Program-made: the position numbers and the translations under genes
In this document: one piece after another, positions 1 to 17,084 of the stretch
How the letters are laid out: every line of letters starts with the position of its first letter
Position numbering within the stretch: the first letter of the stretch is position 1
From: Paramecium tetraurelia
Lineage: Eukaryota
Length of the DNA stretch: 64,000 bases
Direction of reading: 5' to 3'
Assembly (NCBI GenBank): GCA_000165425.1
Contig: CT867988.1
Coordinates: 217,370 to 281,369 of the forward strand
The notes under the pieces: generated by a model
The model's database searches: none
The model's input: the letters and a program-made list of their open reading frames with translations, nothing else
What the model was told of the DNA's origin: nothing

Positions 1-2379
<2,379 letters not shown>

Positions 2380-2506
2380 TGATTAAATATTATTTATTAT
2401 AATTAATGATTTATTATTGATAGTATTACGTCATGGGAGAGCGTTAAATTATGTCATTAGGATTTAATTAATAAACAATTTATGAAATCGGAATAAATAA
2501 AATTCA

Positions 2507-3445
2507 ATGAAATCAGCAGTGATATTAGTTATAGGCTTGTTGAGTGTTTTCACTTATTTGAATTATGAGGAAAATAATAGTCCTGTTGAATTTTAGAGTT
2601 GGAAAACTAAATATGGAAAGTCTTATACGGGGGAGTAAGAAGTTTTCAGGTTCTTAAATTTTTAAATAAATCTAAATAAAGTAAATAGCCACAATTCTGA
2701 TGAAACTAAAACTTACAAAATGAGAATGAACCAATTCAGTGATTTATCAGAAGAAGAGTTTGCATTGCTTTATCTTACACATTATAATTCTGATGAAATT
2801 ATCGAGTAATAATAGATTACTGATGATAAAGAAAGTTCGATTAAAAAAAACGATAATATTAAAACTTCAGTTGATTGGAGATCAATAACCTAAGTGAAAG
2901 ATTAAGGAAAATGTGGTGGATGCTGGGCCTTTGGTGCAGTAGGAGCAGTGGAGGCTTGGTTTTAAGTAAAAAATAAAACCTAAGTTGTGTTGTCAGAATA
3001 GCAACTAATTGATTGTGACACTCAGTCTTTTGGATGCAATGGAGGATATCAAAATTTGGCACTGAAATATGTTGCCAACCATGGATTGAATGATGCCAAT
3101 GTATATCCTTACACTTAGAAATAATCATCCGCTTGTTAATACAATTCAGGACCTTATAAAACTAATGGAGCCTAGGGTGTAAGTTCTAGTAATTTCAAAT
3201 CCTTATTGACAGAATACCCCTTAGTTGTAGTTGTTGATGCCTCTAATTGGCAATTATATGGTGGAGGAGTCTTTAATGAATGCAGCAAATCTGTTAATCA
3301 TGCAGTATTAGCTGTTGGATTTGATGAGAATGATAATTGGTTTATCAAGAATTCATGGGGGACCTCTTGGGGGGAAAAAGGATTCATGACTCTCGCCCCT
3401 GGCAATACTTGTGGCATTACTTCTTATGCATATAGAGCTATCTGA
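2507..3445 (+). CDS. Papain-family (cathepsin L-like) cysteine protease precursor
   Basis: Intronless 312 aa ORF: signal peptide, I29-type propeptide (NQFSDLSEEEF), QGKCGGCWAF, NHAVLAVGF, IKNSWGTSWGEKG. Confidence 0.95.
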
Positions 3446-3479
3446 TATTTATAATTAATAATCTTTTAATAGTAATTAT

Positions 3480-3971
3480 ATGTTTAATTAATTAAATTGG
3501 AGAGAAAAAAATGCTATTGAGACACTTCTAAGTTTGCATGAGGAATCTCAAAATGAAATAGATTATGATAAAGAAATGAAACGTCTATTCAAACCTCAAG
3601 AAAATGCATTGATTCATAATAATAGCTATATTGTGTAAAAACCAAGATCTCAGCTTCTGAAACTCATTTGTCCAAAATCGAATTCAAACTAGCATTTTGA
3701 GTTTAGAGGTAGGTCATTAGAGAAATAGTCAGAAAGAATAATTGTTCCTGATCAGTACAGACCAAAATATTTATTATAATAATTAAAAACTCAAAGGAAT
3801 CTACGCCATGTATCGGAATATCGTACAATCAATGTACCTACAATTTAAATTGTGCAATCTCTCTAAACCATAAATCTAATTGAAAGAACCGGTATAACTT
3901 AATAGAAGAAATTAAGAAAGAAGGATGTTCAAGTACCGAGATTTATCTTGAAATCAAGATAAAAACTATGA
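3480..3971 (+). CDS. Hypothetical protein (163 aa)
   Basis: ATG-to-TGA open frame in ciliate code; no motif recognised. Confidence 0.6.
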
Positions 3972-4001
3972 TGACAATAGTTGATAACTTATTTATAGCT
4001 A

Positions 4002-7000
4002 TCAAAAGTTTTATTTCTTTTTTCTCTCATAAACGGGTGTTTTGATGTCCTCAAAATCTTAGGAATACAAATCCTTTGATTATGATTTTGATGGTTTTGA
4101 TTGTTTGCTTTTCGATCTTAAAATTCTTTTTCTTTCCAATTACTTATCATAAGCAGCAGTATTATTGTCTAAAATCAATTATAATTAATCTTACATTCTT
4201 CTGCATCTTTCATTCCCGATTAAACCCAAGGTATAGGGGGTTTTGATTCCCTAAGTGAAACTTCCTTCATCTTAATGGATTCTTAAAGACTCTTCAATTT
4301 GCTGTCAGTTGGTTCCAAATCTAAAAGAAGATAATTATGAGAGTAAGGGCAATCCTTTTGCCCCTTCTTGCATCTCCCTTCTTTAATGAATTCTGGACAC
4401 ATCTTCATAGACATGTCTTTGGTTTTGCTCTTAGCCTTTTAATCATCTTTATCTTCAATCTTATTAATTTTTTATTTCATCAATTGTATATCATTTAAAT
4501 TATCCTACAATTTTGCTTCTATTTTCTTGTAAAGTAGTTCAATCTACCTATTAATAAACTATCTGGTATCTGGTTCAGGATCAGCATCCAAATGGGTCTA
4601 TTTAGCATACATATTTAATTTCTATGCCTCTTGCTTATCATCTGGATTCATTTTTACAGTTGACTCATAAACTTATTTAATTGTGACATCAGTATCTGGA
4701 TCAATCTGCAATTATTTCTTAAGATTCATTTAACTAACTTCAAATTCCTTTTCTTATTCTTCGATCTCTTATTTAACAATTTCAATTGCTTTTATTATAA
4801 CTTCAAATGCTTCTGAAAATCTTTCTTTATTATACAAAGCATTAGCTCTGCTCAAACAACTTAACTTAATGTTATAATTCTTGGCTTCTTTTTCTTCCAT
4901 TTTTCTTCTTTCTTTAAATTTAGGTCTCTCCTTTATTTTCAAATATGCTTTTTTTGCCTTTCTTCTTAAAATCTCTAAACTTGCAATATTCTTCTTTTTC
5001 ATTGCACATTCTGAACATAAAGCCTTTTCAGAACAACCAATACAAAGTTTCATTGTATTTCCTGCAGGATTCCATGCTTTAATAGCTAAATTTCCACCCA
5101 GTCTTTCAGTTACAGCTTTTAGAGTTCCTCTCAAAGCAGTTTTCCTTGCTCTTAATTCCTATCTGAATCTCAGTTCATATGGATGATGAGCGAACATACA
5201 TTCTGCTCCAATGGGTGTTACACCTGATACATTTGAGTTTGGCCATCTTGTTTGAATTGAAGGACAATCCTATCCTAATGGACACATTTAATCTTTAACA
5301 GTTAATTTACGTAGATCGTAAGATTAAGATTTGCTAAGAGCTTAAAGTGAAGTATAGAAACGAGAATCTTATTTGAGCATCTTTTTAAGATTATTCTATG
5401 ATTAGTACAATGAGTCTTCATATGATTCCATTTGCTTAATAAAAAGATAAACTTCTAATAAGAATTTGTATTCAGGTTTATTCTAATATTCAGGTTCCAT
5501 TAATTACAAATTTTCATGTGGTACTTTCTTTAGTTCGTCTTCATCTAAACCCATATTTTATGCATTAAAAATGGGATGTGGTTTTGGCTATTTCATTTTG
5601 ACTTCAGGATCTCTAAATATCAATTTAAGATCTCTTATATTAAAACTAAGTGCCAATAATTAATAAGATTTTCTATAATCTCCTTTTCTATAGAGTACTT
5701 AAGATCTCTTAAATATACCAAATCTATATATTGAAGGTACTTTTTTGAAATTATCTCCAAACTATGATAAGAAATGCTTCAATGATCCACTTTTACCTAC
5801 ATTATTTTATGCCCAATTATGAGTTTATAAGATCACTCGCTTCAATTTTTCAGGCATTCTATAACACACTGCTGGCTAAAATGTGCATTCTTTAGCATCT
5901 GAGAAAGTCATCATAATGTTGCATCTCTCTGATTAATAATTATCAGAATCCCAAACTGATGTTTTTGGTCTATCTGCAAAGAGTTATGCCTCTTTTACTA
6001 ATCGACTCTAACCTATTACTCTTTAATTTAAGGTCTATCTCGTACATCCAGGTGGACATAAGGAATCTTTATGTACTACACACATACTCTTTCCATTGGT
6101 TGGTACCCAAAACCCAATTCTATTAGTTTCATCTTTTATGTAATCATATTTTCTTCTAACATAGGATTTCATCATTCCAAAGAAATATCTCTTCAATGAA
6201 CTAGGAAAGGATTTCTTTCGTAATTTCTTACTTTCTCCATATTTCAAATGAGGAAAGTTTTCTTTCGTTGCTTCTTTATGAGAAATCAACATTTATTTGT
6301 ACATAGTGGATAAATATTCATTAATTGTGGGAACTTTTTCTTCGAATCTCTTCTTCCTTAACTCTAAATACTTCTTGGCCATCTATTCGATATATTTATT
6401 AAGTTTGAATTCAGATTGTCTTTTCTTTTTTCTTTCCTATTCTTCTTTTCTTAAAGCAGTTTGTTTCTCAGAATAATATTATTCCATATGTTTTTCAAAT
6501 AAGTCTGCTATCTCTTCTATTTTCATTTTTGTAGGTACTTCCATTTCTTCTAAGGTTATCACACAACCTCCTTTTTGAGAGAGATGCCTCATTTTTTGTT
6601 TGTTTTCTTCATCACTATCAACAACATCATATTCCAAAGGATATTTTGCTACTTTTGTATCACGAAACTCTTGTAATAACATTTTCCTTAAGATCTTATC
6701 ATTTGGGTACATTTTCTTTAAATCCAATAAAGTTTTGCCAACTTTTAACCTATCTTTAGGTTTTGCTATCTCAGTTACTCTTTAAAAATTGATTTCAGTT
6801 TTCTTTTTTTTCATACTCTTTTCCATTTCAATTTTACGTAATCCTAAATTGACATCTTCTTAATCTTTTTTCATTTATAAATACTAAGTCATTAGAGTTT
6901 TTAAATTTTCTTCACTTTCATATGTTACAATCTCTTATTTAGAATTCTAAAGAGTTTATTTCCATATTTTAATAATATCATCTACATTATCAGTATAAAA

Positions 7001-7866
7001 TCCTTTAAATTTATAAAATTAATCATTTATCATTTCCATTGAATCTTAAAAATACAAATCAAAGTCCTCACCCTTACCTTGAGGTTTATTGTTTTATATT
7101 TCACTCCAATATTGTCTTAATCTATCTGGATATCTAAAATTCTTATGATCAGGGTTTTTAGCTTTGTAATGTTAAATAACAGCTTCAACAAATTATTCTC
7201 TTTATTTCTTTTCCTTTGTTTTCAAATCATCCTCCTATTAAATCAGAGGTTTAGGAAATAGTCTATTCAATACTTCTTTACTCATTTTCTTATTTTTCTT
7301 CTCTTAATTTTTCTTTTATTATAACAACTATGATTGTCTCTCCTCTATAAATTTACTGATGTTGGCATTTTATTCTTCAGCTTCCCCAAATTGTTTCAAA
7401 GTATATTGAACATCCTTTTCATTAGCCTAAGCATAAAAATGCAAATTTCTTTTATGTTCTAGTTGTTTCCTTATTATCTCCTAAAAACACAATAAATTGA
7501 TGAATTTACATTTTCAGGTTCTTTTCCTGGTTTCTTTGGAGGGGGCTTACCTGCTTAAGATCTTGCAGTCACCTTCCATAAATCAAACAATGCTTTGTCT
7601 GAATAAGTTGTTACCTTTCTGGTGTTACGATATTCATTCTAATAAGCTAGGAAATTAATCTACTTGAAGTGTAATAAATAAGTCCTTTCCCAAATTGGTT
7701 GGCTAGTAGACTTCTGGAATGACTGGTTGTCTTGATGATTCAAAATCATTTTGATATCCTTAAGTCTATTCAAAATAAGATTGTTGTTCAGGAAATCTAT
7801 AAAATATTTGTTAGACAATTACTCTTATAAGAGATCAACTCCAGCAAAATTATACTGCTTATGCAT
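4002..7866 (-). CDS. Large (~1250 aa) Lys/Glu-rich protein with CCCH-type zinc fingers
   Basis: Long open frame with short introns; CPEFIKEGRCKKGQKDCPYSH CCCH finger, second CCCH-like CPLGQDC...ECMFAH, CIGC...CSEC, TPR-like helix. Confidence 0.75.
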
Positions 7867-8401
7867 AATTTAAATTCTGTTATTAATAATAATAGCAAGA
7901 ATATATTGTTTATATTAATATGTTTTAGAATACACTCATTGATTTAGAATTGCCGTCTAATCTATAGTATTGATTTACTATAATCAAATGTAATAACGAT
8001 ATTGATTTTCATTATTTTACATTACATTTTCAAACCAAAAATAAATGTTGTAATTAAAATTCAAATGAAAATATCAACCATTTAAGAGAAATAATAAGTA
8101 GATAGAATTGCATTTAAGTAATTAAAATATATGATTATATCTATGAAATTATTATCTTTGAAGCCAAATATAATAATTGATATTATAGATATATCAATAA
8201 AATAAATGTATTTCAGGTTTATTTGTAATATTATCTATTGGGAAATCAAAAAAAAAGTAACCTTAAACAATTATTTATAAGCATGTTTATGAGTTGTAAT
8301 ATTTGTTAGACTTTGGTTTGATTCAGATTATATCTATATAAATATATTTCACATATCCTATAAAATAAACTATTGATAGTGAAATATAATTAAGTTAAAT
8401 A

Positions 8402-9008
8402 ATGGATGATTATTTTGAAGATGTAACAACTTAAGAAGTTCCTTCTGAGGCCCCATAGTTTGACTAAGGTCAAATTTAATAAGCTTAAGTATGAGATATG
8501 ACATATAATAGTATGATGTTTTTAGTGCTTTTTAAAGTGAAGTACCTATTCCATCTTAGCAATCAGTTGTTTATGTGGTATTTATTCTTTCAAAAATAGA
8601 GCCCAGAATAATAAATTAGAAAGGACAAATTAAAAGTAATTGAGGAGGAAAGACTTGGTTAGATAAGAGAGAAGGATTAACAGGAAAGGGTATTGAAATA
8701 ATAAAAAAAAGAAAAAGGTCGAGAATATTTGCAATAATTCAAAAGGTAAATTTGAAAATTACACGAAATAGTTAATAAGAGTCAGATATTTAATAAAGAA
8801 AAGTGTTGAATAAATAGAAATAAGAGATTTGGTTTGAAAACAAAAAGAATCATAGTTAGTATGTAAGATAGTGATTCTATTCAAGAAAAATTCATGGGAC
8901 TAAATTGCATCCAATATAGCTTTAAAGGATGGTGAGTACCCAGGGTAAAAAGATGTGACAAAAATGAGATAAGCAATTCTTAATAAGAGAAATGATTTGA
9001 CAAAGTGA
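8402..9008 (+). CDS. Clathrin light chain-like protein
   Basis: Acidic N-terminus, central coiled coil, C-terminal NSWDQIASNI...KDVTKMRQAILNK typical of clathrin light chains; multiple tiny introns. Confidence 0.75.
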
Positions 9009-9583
9009 AGCCAAGATTTTATAATATCAATATATATTTATAATGCTTATTCTGTTACCAACTATTTCTTTATAGGAAATCTACAAGCTATTCTATAATG
9101 GGATTTCCATAATTTGTAATTTCTTTTTATTTATTATTTAATTGCTATTTATTTATGTACAATTATATATCTGTATTTCTTAATAATTAAGATTCAATTA
9201 ATCATTCTCTAGTGAATAAGTATTAAAATGAATAATCTAACTTAATAAATTTTTGAAAATTCACAGTTAAAGAAAGTAAATAACATAATTGTGGAATTAA
9301 AGAAGGGGTTCAATTGAAATGCGATGAAGATATCTAGTATTTGAAATATAGATTAATTTCAAAGCTGATTAAAGTTTTATATAATTTAATTAAGATTGTC
9401 TGTGTTGTTATTCGTTATATAATTTGAAAAGGATGGTTGTAAGAACCAATAAATCTTAAATTTATATCATATAAGTCAAGTAGAAATTGTAACATTATAT
9501 TGTATTAAAAAGGCGCCAACTTAAATTGGTAAAAGAGTGAGATTGGAACAAATATAATAATAATATTAAATCTTAATTTGTGA

Positions 9584-10757
9584 ATGTTAGGAAGACGAAG
9601 CCAATAGCCAAAATCTACTACAGAGGATAATTAAAATTGTAATGGAAAGCAAGTAATATCATTGGATAAAGATATCAATACCAATGAAAATTAGAAATAA
9701 TAGAAAACGAAGAAGCAATAGAAGGAAATATCAACGAAAAAATAGAACTCAACCAATACAGAAGACTTATCTGGAGTAAGTATAAAGGAATCATAAAATG
9801 GGACATATAATTTGAGATAGTACACTCGAAGAAATTATTTGGATTTTGGGAGTGAAGCAGGAGGAGATGACAACAATGACATAGATTTTGGAGTGAAAAA
9901 GCAATTAAACAAGGAGAGAAAGAACAGTGATTTAGATATCAACGAAACCATTGAATATGACAAATTACCCAAAAATAAGTAAGGATTACTAAAACTGTTA
10001 TCAAAAGTAGAAGCTAGCATTGAATCTTAAAAATTGGAATGGTTTAAAGAGTATTCATTATTATTCTATAATAAAATAGATAAAATGAATTACCAACATT
10101 GATTAGTTCTGTACCTGAAAACTCCATCCCCATAAATGCTGATGTGTTATCGTTCAATTTTAAATCCTTAATAGCTTCACAACAAAAAATAGCTGGCAAA
10201 TTGTTTGATGGTATTATTTCCTTTTATGAAATCTAGCCATTATGATGGATCCTCCTTGGTAATTATCAACATCTTAACCATCCAGAGGAGTTGCCATTGC
10301 ATACTAATCTCTCAAAGATGATTAATTAATGGAATTGCCTATCCCTTTATTATAAAAAGAAGGCTTCCTCTTTATTTGGACAATCAATGCCAAATATCGT
10401 ATTGCTGCCAAAATGATAAAACAATGGGGCTATCAATTAGTTGATGAATTAATCTGGGTCAAAAAAACAGTTAATGGTAAAATAGCCAAAGGCCATGGGT
10501 TTTATTTGTAACATGCTAAAGAAAATTGCCTTATTGGTTATAAAGTAATTTATTTATATATTTTCTAGGGCAATAACAAATTAAATTATTACTTAAAGAG
10601 TGATGTTATCTGGAGTGAAAGAAGAGGGTAATCTCAAAAGCCTGAAGAAATCTATGAAATTATTAATTCAATGGTGCCAGGAGGTCATTGCTTAGAAATC
10701 TTTGGCAGACGAAACAACCTTAGAAATAATTGGGTAACTATTGGAAATGAATTATGA
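9584..10757 (+). CDS. MTA1: MT-A70 family N6-adenine methyltransferase, MTA1/AMT1 clade
   Basis: After splicing: MMDPPWQLSTSQPSRGVAIAY, GFLFIWTINAKY, WVKKTVNGKIAKGHGFYLQHAKENCLIG, QSQKPEEIY, LEIFGRRNNLRNNWVTIGNEL*; start codon inferred. Confidence 0.9.
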
Positions 10758-11152
10758 TTTCATATATAATTTTGAGTAACATTCAACTAAATTCAATAAA
10801 TTCTTAAATTGATCTTAAATTCAATTTAATATTTCAATATTTTACCTATAAATTTCAAAATGATTATCTACACTATTATTCAACTAAATAACCAACTACT
10901 TTATAGAGTAACATGTGATACAACTGATTATTAAAGCTTAAATTTGATAGAATACTTCCCTAATAATAGAGAATATCTGTAAATCATAAAAGATTCAAAT
11001 AATTATTCCTTTAAACAATATAAAATTTAAAATTAACAGCATTCAGTTTTAAACAAAGAGAAGAGAAAATTTGGAAATTCTTAGTTTCCAAATAAATCAA
11101 TGATTTGTTTAATATTGTGAATATAATAATATATGAAGTGTGTATAAAATAA

Positions 11153-11737
11153 TTCATATAATAAGGCTCAACCTAAACTTTATTTCTTAGCTAAATGAAT
11201 TTTAGAGTAGGAATCATTTCTTTTATTAGGTTTTTTAAACTGTGGTGGGCTCAGTATGCTTTTTGAATTTTCTTTTAATTTTTCTTTGTTAATGTTCTGT
11301 TAAGGACTAGTGTAAGGTTTGAAAGGGCAATTCTAGATTTCTTAATTAATTTTATGTTGATTTTTAACTTGATTAGTTTGTTTAATCTAATTTAACCACC
11401 GTATTTATCGTTCATAGAATTCCTCTTTTTAAGTTGGAACTTGATGATGTGAAGAATGCTTAATTGCCATTTTCTACATTATCTTATCAACACTAGGAAC
11501 TTATTTATTAGCAAAATAATTTCGAGGACTAGAGCGAGCAGAAGACTTAAACGCATTTTGTGTTTAATTAATCACATTCAAATCTAATGGCATGAATATT
11601 TTAGATTTTTGTCTCTCTTTTTAAGCTTGCAAGAGATTCGAAAAGTTTTAGAAATGTTGATTTAATGGTAATGCGTTGGTCAATTTTGATTCGTTTTCTT
11701 CTTCTCCTATTATAGCATAATCATGTATGAACTGCAT
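11153..11737 (-). CDS. Hypothetical low-complexity protein; boundaries approximate
   Basis: ATG at 11737 followed by Ser/Arg/Lys-rich coding-like sequence. Confidence 0.45.
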
Positions 11738-12051
11738 ACAATAAATTTTAACAACTATTATTTTTATATATAAAATTTTATGTATTGCATAAATTAAGAT
11801 AGTTTTTTTTTTCAATTATCAAAATCCTTAAAAAGAATAATTTTTATGACAAATTTTCTATCTATTGGAATCTAATGTGGTGTTCATCTTTTGTTTTCTG
11901 AATTTGAGATTTAGGGTTATATTTCCTCATAATTCAAATAGATTTATATAGTATATATATTCATTGATTCTAATTTATTTGATAAAAAATTAATTATTAT
12001 AAGTTTCATCTTGATCTCCAATAATATATATATAATATTAATTAATTAAAA

Positions 12052-14273
12052 TCATCCTTTAACCTTCTTTATTTTTTTTCCCTCCAAACATAAATTTAAT
12101 CCAACTGATGCAGGCTTTTCTAAAACAGATTTGGCTTTGTAGATTCTTTTGAATTTGCCGGTGTCGCATTTCTTATCATTTTCTCTGTCAATCACAACTT
12201 TAATTAAATCTTCTGATACATCTTTAACTAGTTTTTCAGTTACATGCTAAGAATAAGATAAGTTATATACAGTCGAATATGAAAAGTCTGGACTACTATT
12301 GATTTCAATTAACCAAACATGAAATTTATCATCAATCATGAAATCATACCCTAAAATTTCATGAGAATTCTTTCTTTATTCTACTTGATCTTGTACACTT
12401 TATAATGACCATATGATAGCTTATTCAAATTAAGGTCTAATGATTTCCATGAAGTTTACTTAATGAGTTTTCTAAAATTGTATTAGATATTACCATTAAA
12501 TAATCACTAAATTATTCTTAATTCCACATATTCCCTTCAATATCAGACTTATAGAAGTTTTCTCCCTTTTTCTAAATAGAATTATTTGTTAAATGGGACA
12601 TCTTGTTTTCTAAATCTTTAGGATCATATTCTTCAGCAGTAAAACGGAGATATGCTTCATCATAAATCCAAACAGTCAAAGGATTCCAATCAGTAATTAA
12701 AACCCATTATCTGATGTCCATTTTCTTACCAAGTACTATTAATGGTTTTTCTATATATTTTTGTATAATCCACTATGCTCCCTTGGATGCAACATGATCT
12801 TCGATTTCAACTAGATTTTTGTAACATTGGATTCCCCTTCCCCTAGATAAACCAGCAGGTTTAACAATCCAAATATTTTCAACTCCATTTAAATAGTACT
12901 ATGGAAATCTATTCTTAAATGATTATCTTGTATAAGATGTATAATTTACAAAATATCAATAATTTATTATGTAAATTCATCTACATCTTCAATAGAATCA
13001 TCCTATTCTTTTTCTAATTTACTCTTCTTCTTCTTTTTCAAAGGTTTAACTTCTCCAATTTTAGCCAGCCAAGCTTAATGTTTTTTCTAGGCTAATGCCT
13101 AAACATTTAAATCATCTTTAGAGAGTATGTCCCATTCCTTTTATGTGATTACTGCGGTCTATTTCTATTGATCAATGAGTTCATTAATATCTTGTAACAT
13201 CTTCCTGCATACAGACAATGCTATTATAGCTTATGGTTTGATTTTCTCAATCAAATTAGCATCCTTCTTCTTGAATAAATGCAAATACATTTTTAAGATT
13301 GCTTCAGCCTAAATAGATAATTGGAATACTTTTGACAATTTGAATTCTTCTCTAAAATTTTCGAAATCCTCCTCATCAGATAAATCAAATGCTCTCGGGT
13401 AGAATGTATTTTTATCTACATTATTAAACCAGATTAAATTATTTAGAGACTTGCATAATCCAACTTTAGTGGTTAAACATATAATCTTTGCAAAGTGATT
13501 GACAATCTAAAAGTCTTATAAATTATTATAGTCTATTTCTGAATTGTGCAATGTGAATTTGAAATCAAAGCATGGACTTCCACTATCTGGATTCTTTACC
13601 CAACCTCTTTGTATTAATGCTTTAGCTATATCTCCATAACCACCAACCATTATGAACACTTTCACTGCCTCATCGATACGTTACTTTTTTTTCCATTATT
13701 TCAAGTCTGTGATGAATGGATATTTCTTTAATTTGACTTTCTAAGCATCTTAATCATCTGATCCACTATCTTATTCCAATAAATCATCCTTAGTCACAAA
13801 CTATGCCACTTCAGACAATTAATTTAAAACTTTCTATTTTACACTTTATTTAATTATCTCTTATCTTTAAATCATATCTTCTTTCTTTTATTTTTCTTGT
13901 AATTACCGTGTCTTTATGGATTCCAAATATCTTGTATATATTTATTACATTTACTATCTTTATTTCTCTTATATTCTCATCTTTTATTCAAGCATTAAAT
14001 CTTCTTTTTTCAGACTTGATTGTCTGTTCTTGCTTGATTCTGGAGTGTTGATACTTGGCAATGAAACTTATTATTTAATTTCTTTCTGCTCTTCTTTCAC
14101 ATACCGAGATTTCAATTTAACTACCAAATCTTATTTTCTCTTTTATGATATTTCTTTCTCTTCTTATTCTCTCATTTTTTTCTCTCTCAGCTACGCAATT
14201 ATGTCCTAACATCAACGTGAATGATTACCAAATTTCGAGTATGAAAGTCCTTTTTAGTATTTTAATCTTCCAT
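12052..14273 (-). CDS. TTLL3: Tubulin-tyrosine ligase-like protein, TTLL3-type monoglycylase
   Basis: [20 protein letters not shown]...[81 protein letters not shown]. Confidence 0.88.
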
Positions 14274-14978
14274 TTAATAATTAAAGTTATATAAAATTAC
14301 AAAATGCTTTATCTGATTATTGTCAATAACTAAGATCTTAAAATAGAATTATATAATTTAAGATTATTTTGAATGATAGATGAATAGTATTGAATAATTT
14401 GTACTTTCAAATATAGATTAATTAAAAGGAACTTTATTAAGTCAAATATATTCTTTGAATTGAAATAGAGAAGCTGATTTATAAGAATACGATAGATTTA
14501 TTGGGTTTATTGATATCACAATTAGACAAGCTATTATTTAATGAATCTTAAAAAATGATACTGATTATATATATAAAATTAACTTTAAGGTAAAGAAAGT
14601 TAGTAAAATTCAATATAAAGTATTATTCTTTTAAAAGTTAATGCCTCTTTGTTTACTTAATATAATTCTAACAAAAACGTGGAACATGAAAATGTAGAGG
14701 ATGATTAAGTTATATTACATGAAGAAAGCTTATCGAAGCCTACTAATGTGGTTTTCTAATTGGATATATAGAAAATAAAAAAGTGGAAAATAAAATTGCA
14801 ATAAATTCAGATAAAATTTATTAATATATATCTAATAATAAAAGTGATAGTAACATATTCGATTGGAATTGTTTCCAACCCTATTGTTTATTTTAATTCT
14901 TTCATGAGATTGATTTGGCGGCTAAGGGAGTTGGAAAAATAGATAAATGAAAATATATTATGTTCTTATTTATCATAA

Positions 14979-15657
14979 TCATGCTTGATTTGGGTATTCT
15001 TTTTGAACAACAGCTTTGAATTCGTCCCAACTTAATGATCCATCTTTATCTTTATCAGCATATTCAACCATTTCTCTTAACTCTTGATCTGTATATCTTT
15101 CTGAAACCAAATCATTAATTCTCTTGAAATCCTCGTAAGCTACTTTACCTTATCCAGAGGAATCGAATTCTTAATATAACTTCTCAAGCACTTGTTCATC
15201 TTCTATTGTGCTATTGTATTATATATATAAGTTAAATACCCTGAAAATCCAAATATATTAAGAAATTCTTCAAAATCAATCAAGCTAGATCCATCTTAAT
15301 CCAAATCTTGAATCATGTTCACTATTTCTTCTGCTGATTATTCCATTCCTAATGCGATGATGGCATTTTTCATCTCATTTGGACTAAGTTAAGATACAAA
15401 TTATACGAAATAGATCCGCTCTTGTCATCATCAAAGATATCAAAACACTCCTTTATTTTTAAAACTTCCTCCTTGCTAAGTCCTGGCTTAACATATTTGG
15501 ATGCATCAAATCCTCCTGGTTGTTGTTAAACAGCCTATTAAGCAGGAGCAGGACCCTTTCCTTTAGCAGGTGCTTAAGCTGGGGGAGGAGGTTGAGTTTT
15601 TGATGCTTATTATGTTGGTTAAGCTGCTGACTATTATCTGGATTGATTTCTATTCAT
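14979..15657 (-). CDS. Centrin-family EF-hand protein with Pro/Ala/Gln-rich N-terminal extension
   Basis: IKECFDIFDDDKSGSI, DLDQDGSSLIDFEEF, ADKDKDGSLSWDEF; four EF-hands. Confidence 0.85.
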
Positions 15658-16101
15658 TTATTTTAAAAATAAAATTAAGGATACACAAACTTCTCACTAT
15701 TATATTATTATTTTAAGGATCCTTGTATTCATATTATCATTTATTAACTACTCTTATCCAAATTTACATAGTTCAATTGCCACCTTCCATTTCCAATTAT
15801 TCTTATTCACAAGCCTATTATTGACTTACTGTCTAATATGTCAAGAAAAATAAAACAAAATCTCTGATTTTTAAACATAAGCACTAATAGGGCTAGACTC
15901 TTAATATGAACATTTTAGACTGGTAACGAACTATGGATATCATGAATATAGATTGGAAACTTAAGAATACTAATATAGTTACTTATTTATCTTATATTGA
16001 ATACTAAGTGATATTCAAATAAATGAGGTGAGAAAGAGATATAAGTTTGTTTTTTGATGTATATTGTAAAATAATGTGGAAAATATTAAATAATTTTGTA
16101 T

Positions 16102-17047
16102 ATGTAAAAATAAATAAGAATTGCCACTCGATCTTCAGCCTTAGCAATGGCTTAAACAAATTATGTCATAGGAGAATTGAAATAAGAATTTGAGATAATA
16201 AAAGTATCGAATGAGGTTGGTGACGTGAATTTGTAAGATCCATTATATCAAATGCCTACTGTAGGTGTTTTTACAAAATAGGTAGAATAGTATTTGTAAA
16301 TAATATAAATTAAATTATAGACTTGAGTAAAAGGCAGATGTTGCAGTACATTCCTTAAAAGATCTACCTACTATAATAGATGCTTAATTGTATTTAGCTG
16401 CCTATACAAAATTTGAATAAAGAGGAGATGTGGTGTTACTGAATAACAAATACAATTATAAGAGTTTGAGTGAATTACCAGAAGGATTTAAGATTGGCAC
16501 ATCATCACTTAGAAGAATTGCAACAATTAAAAATAGATATCCAAAATTAAATTTAATAAATATTAGAGGAAATTTAAATACCAGAATCTAAAAGCTGGAT
16601 GAAGGACAGTATGATGCAATCATTCTAGCAAAAGCCGGCATTTTAAGATTAGGTTTGTCTGAGAGAATCTCCTTTGATTTAGAAGAGAAGGAGTTTCTAT
16701 ATGCACCTGCACAAGCAGCCTTAGGAATATAATGTAGAAAGGATGATCTCCAAACAATAGCTAGATTATAGATTTTAAATGATATAGATTCCTAAAAGAG
16801 ATGCGTGGCTGAAAGAATGTTCCTGAATTTATTAGAAGGAGGATGCAGATTACCAATTGCAGTTTATAGTGAATGTAGAGAAGATGGATAAGTGTATATT
16901 AAGGGTAGAGTTATGGCTGTGGATGGCAGTAAAGTAATTGAGGATGAGGCTTTAGATCATTTTGAGAAGGTAGGATAGATCTTGTGCGAGAAGATAAAAG
17001 TTCTTGGAGGAGTGGAATTAATCGAAAGCTTAAAGTAATAAAAATGA
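16102..17047 (+). CDS. hemC: Porphobilinogen deaminase (hydroxymethylbilane synthase)
   Basis: [53 protein letters not shown] (dipyrromethane Cys). Confidence 0.95.
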
Positions 17048-17084
17048 GTGTTTTTTGTATCAAATATAACTTATCTAATATGAC

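Noticed and set aside
14300..14950. Coding-like plus-strand sequence between TTLL3 and centrin
   Set aside because: TGA stops in all frames examined and no recognisable product
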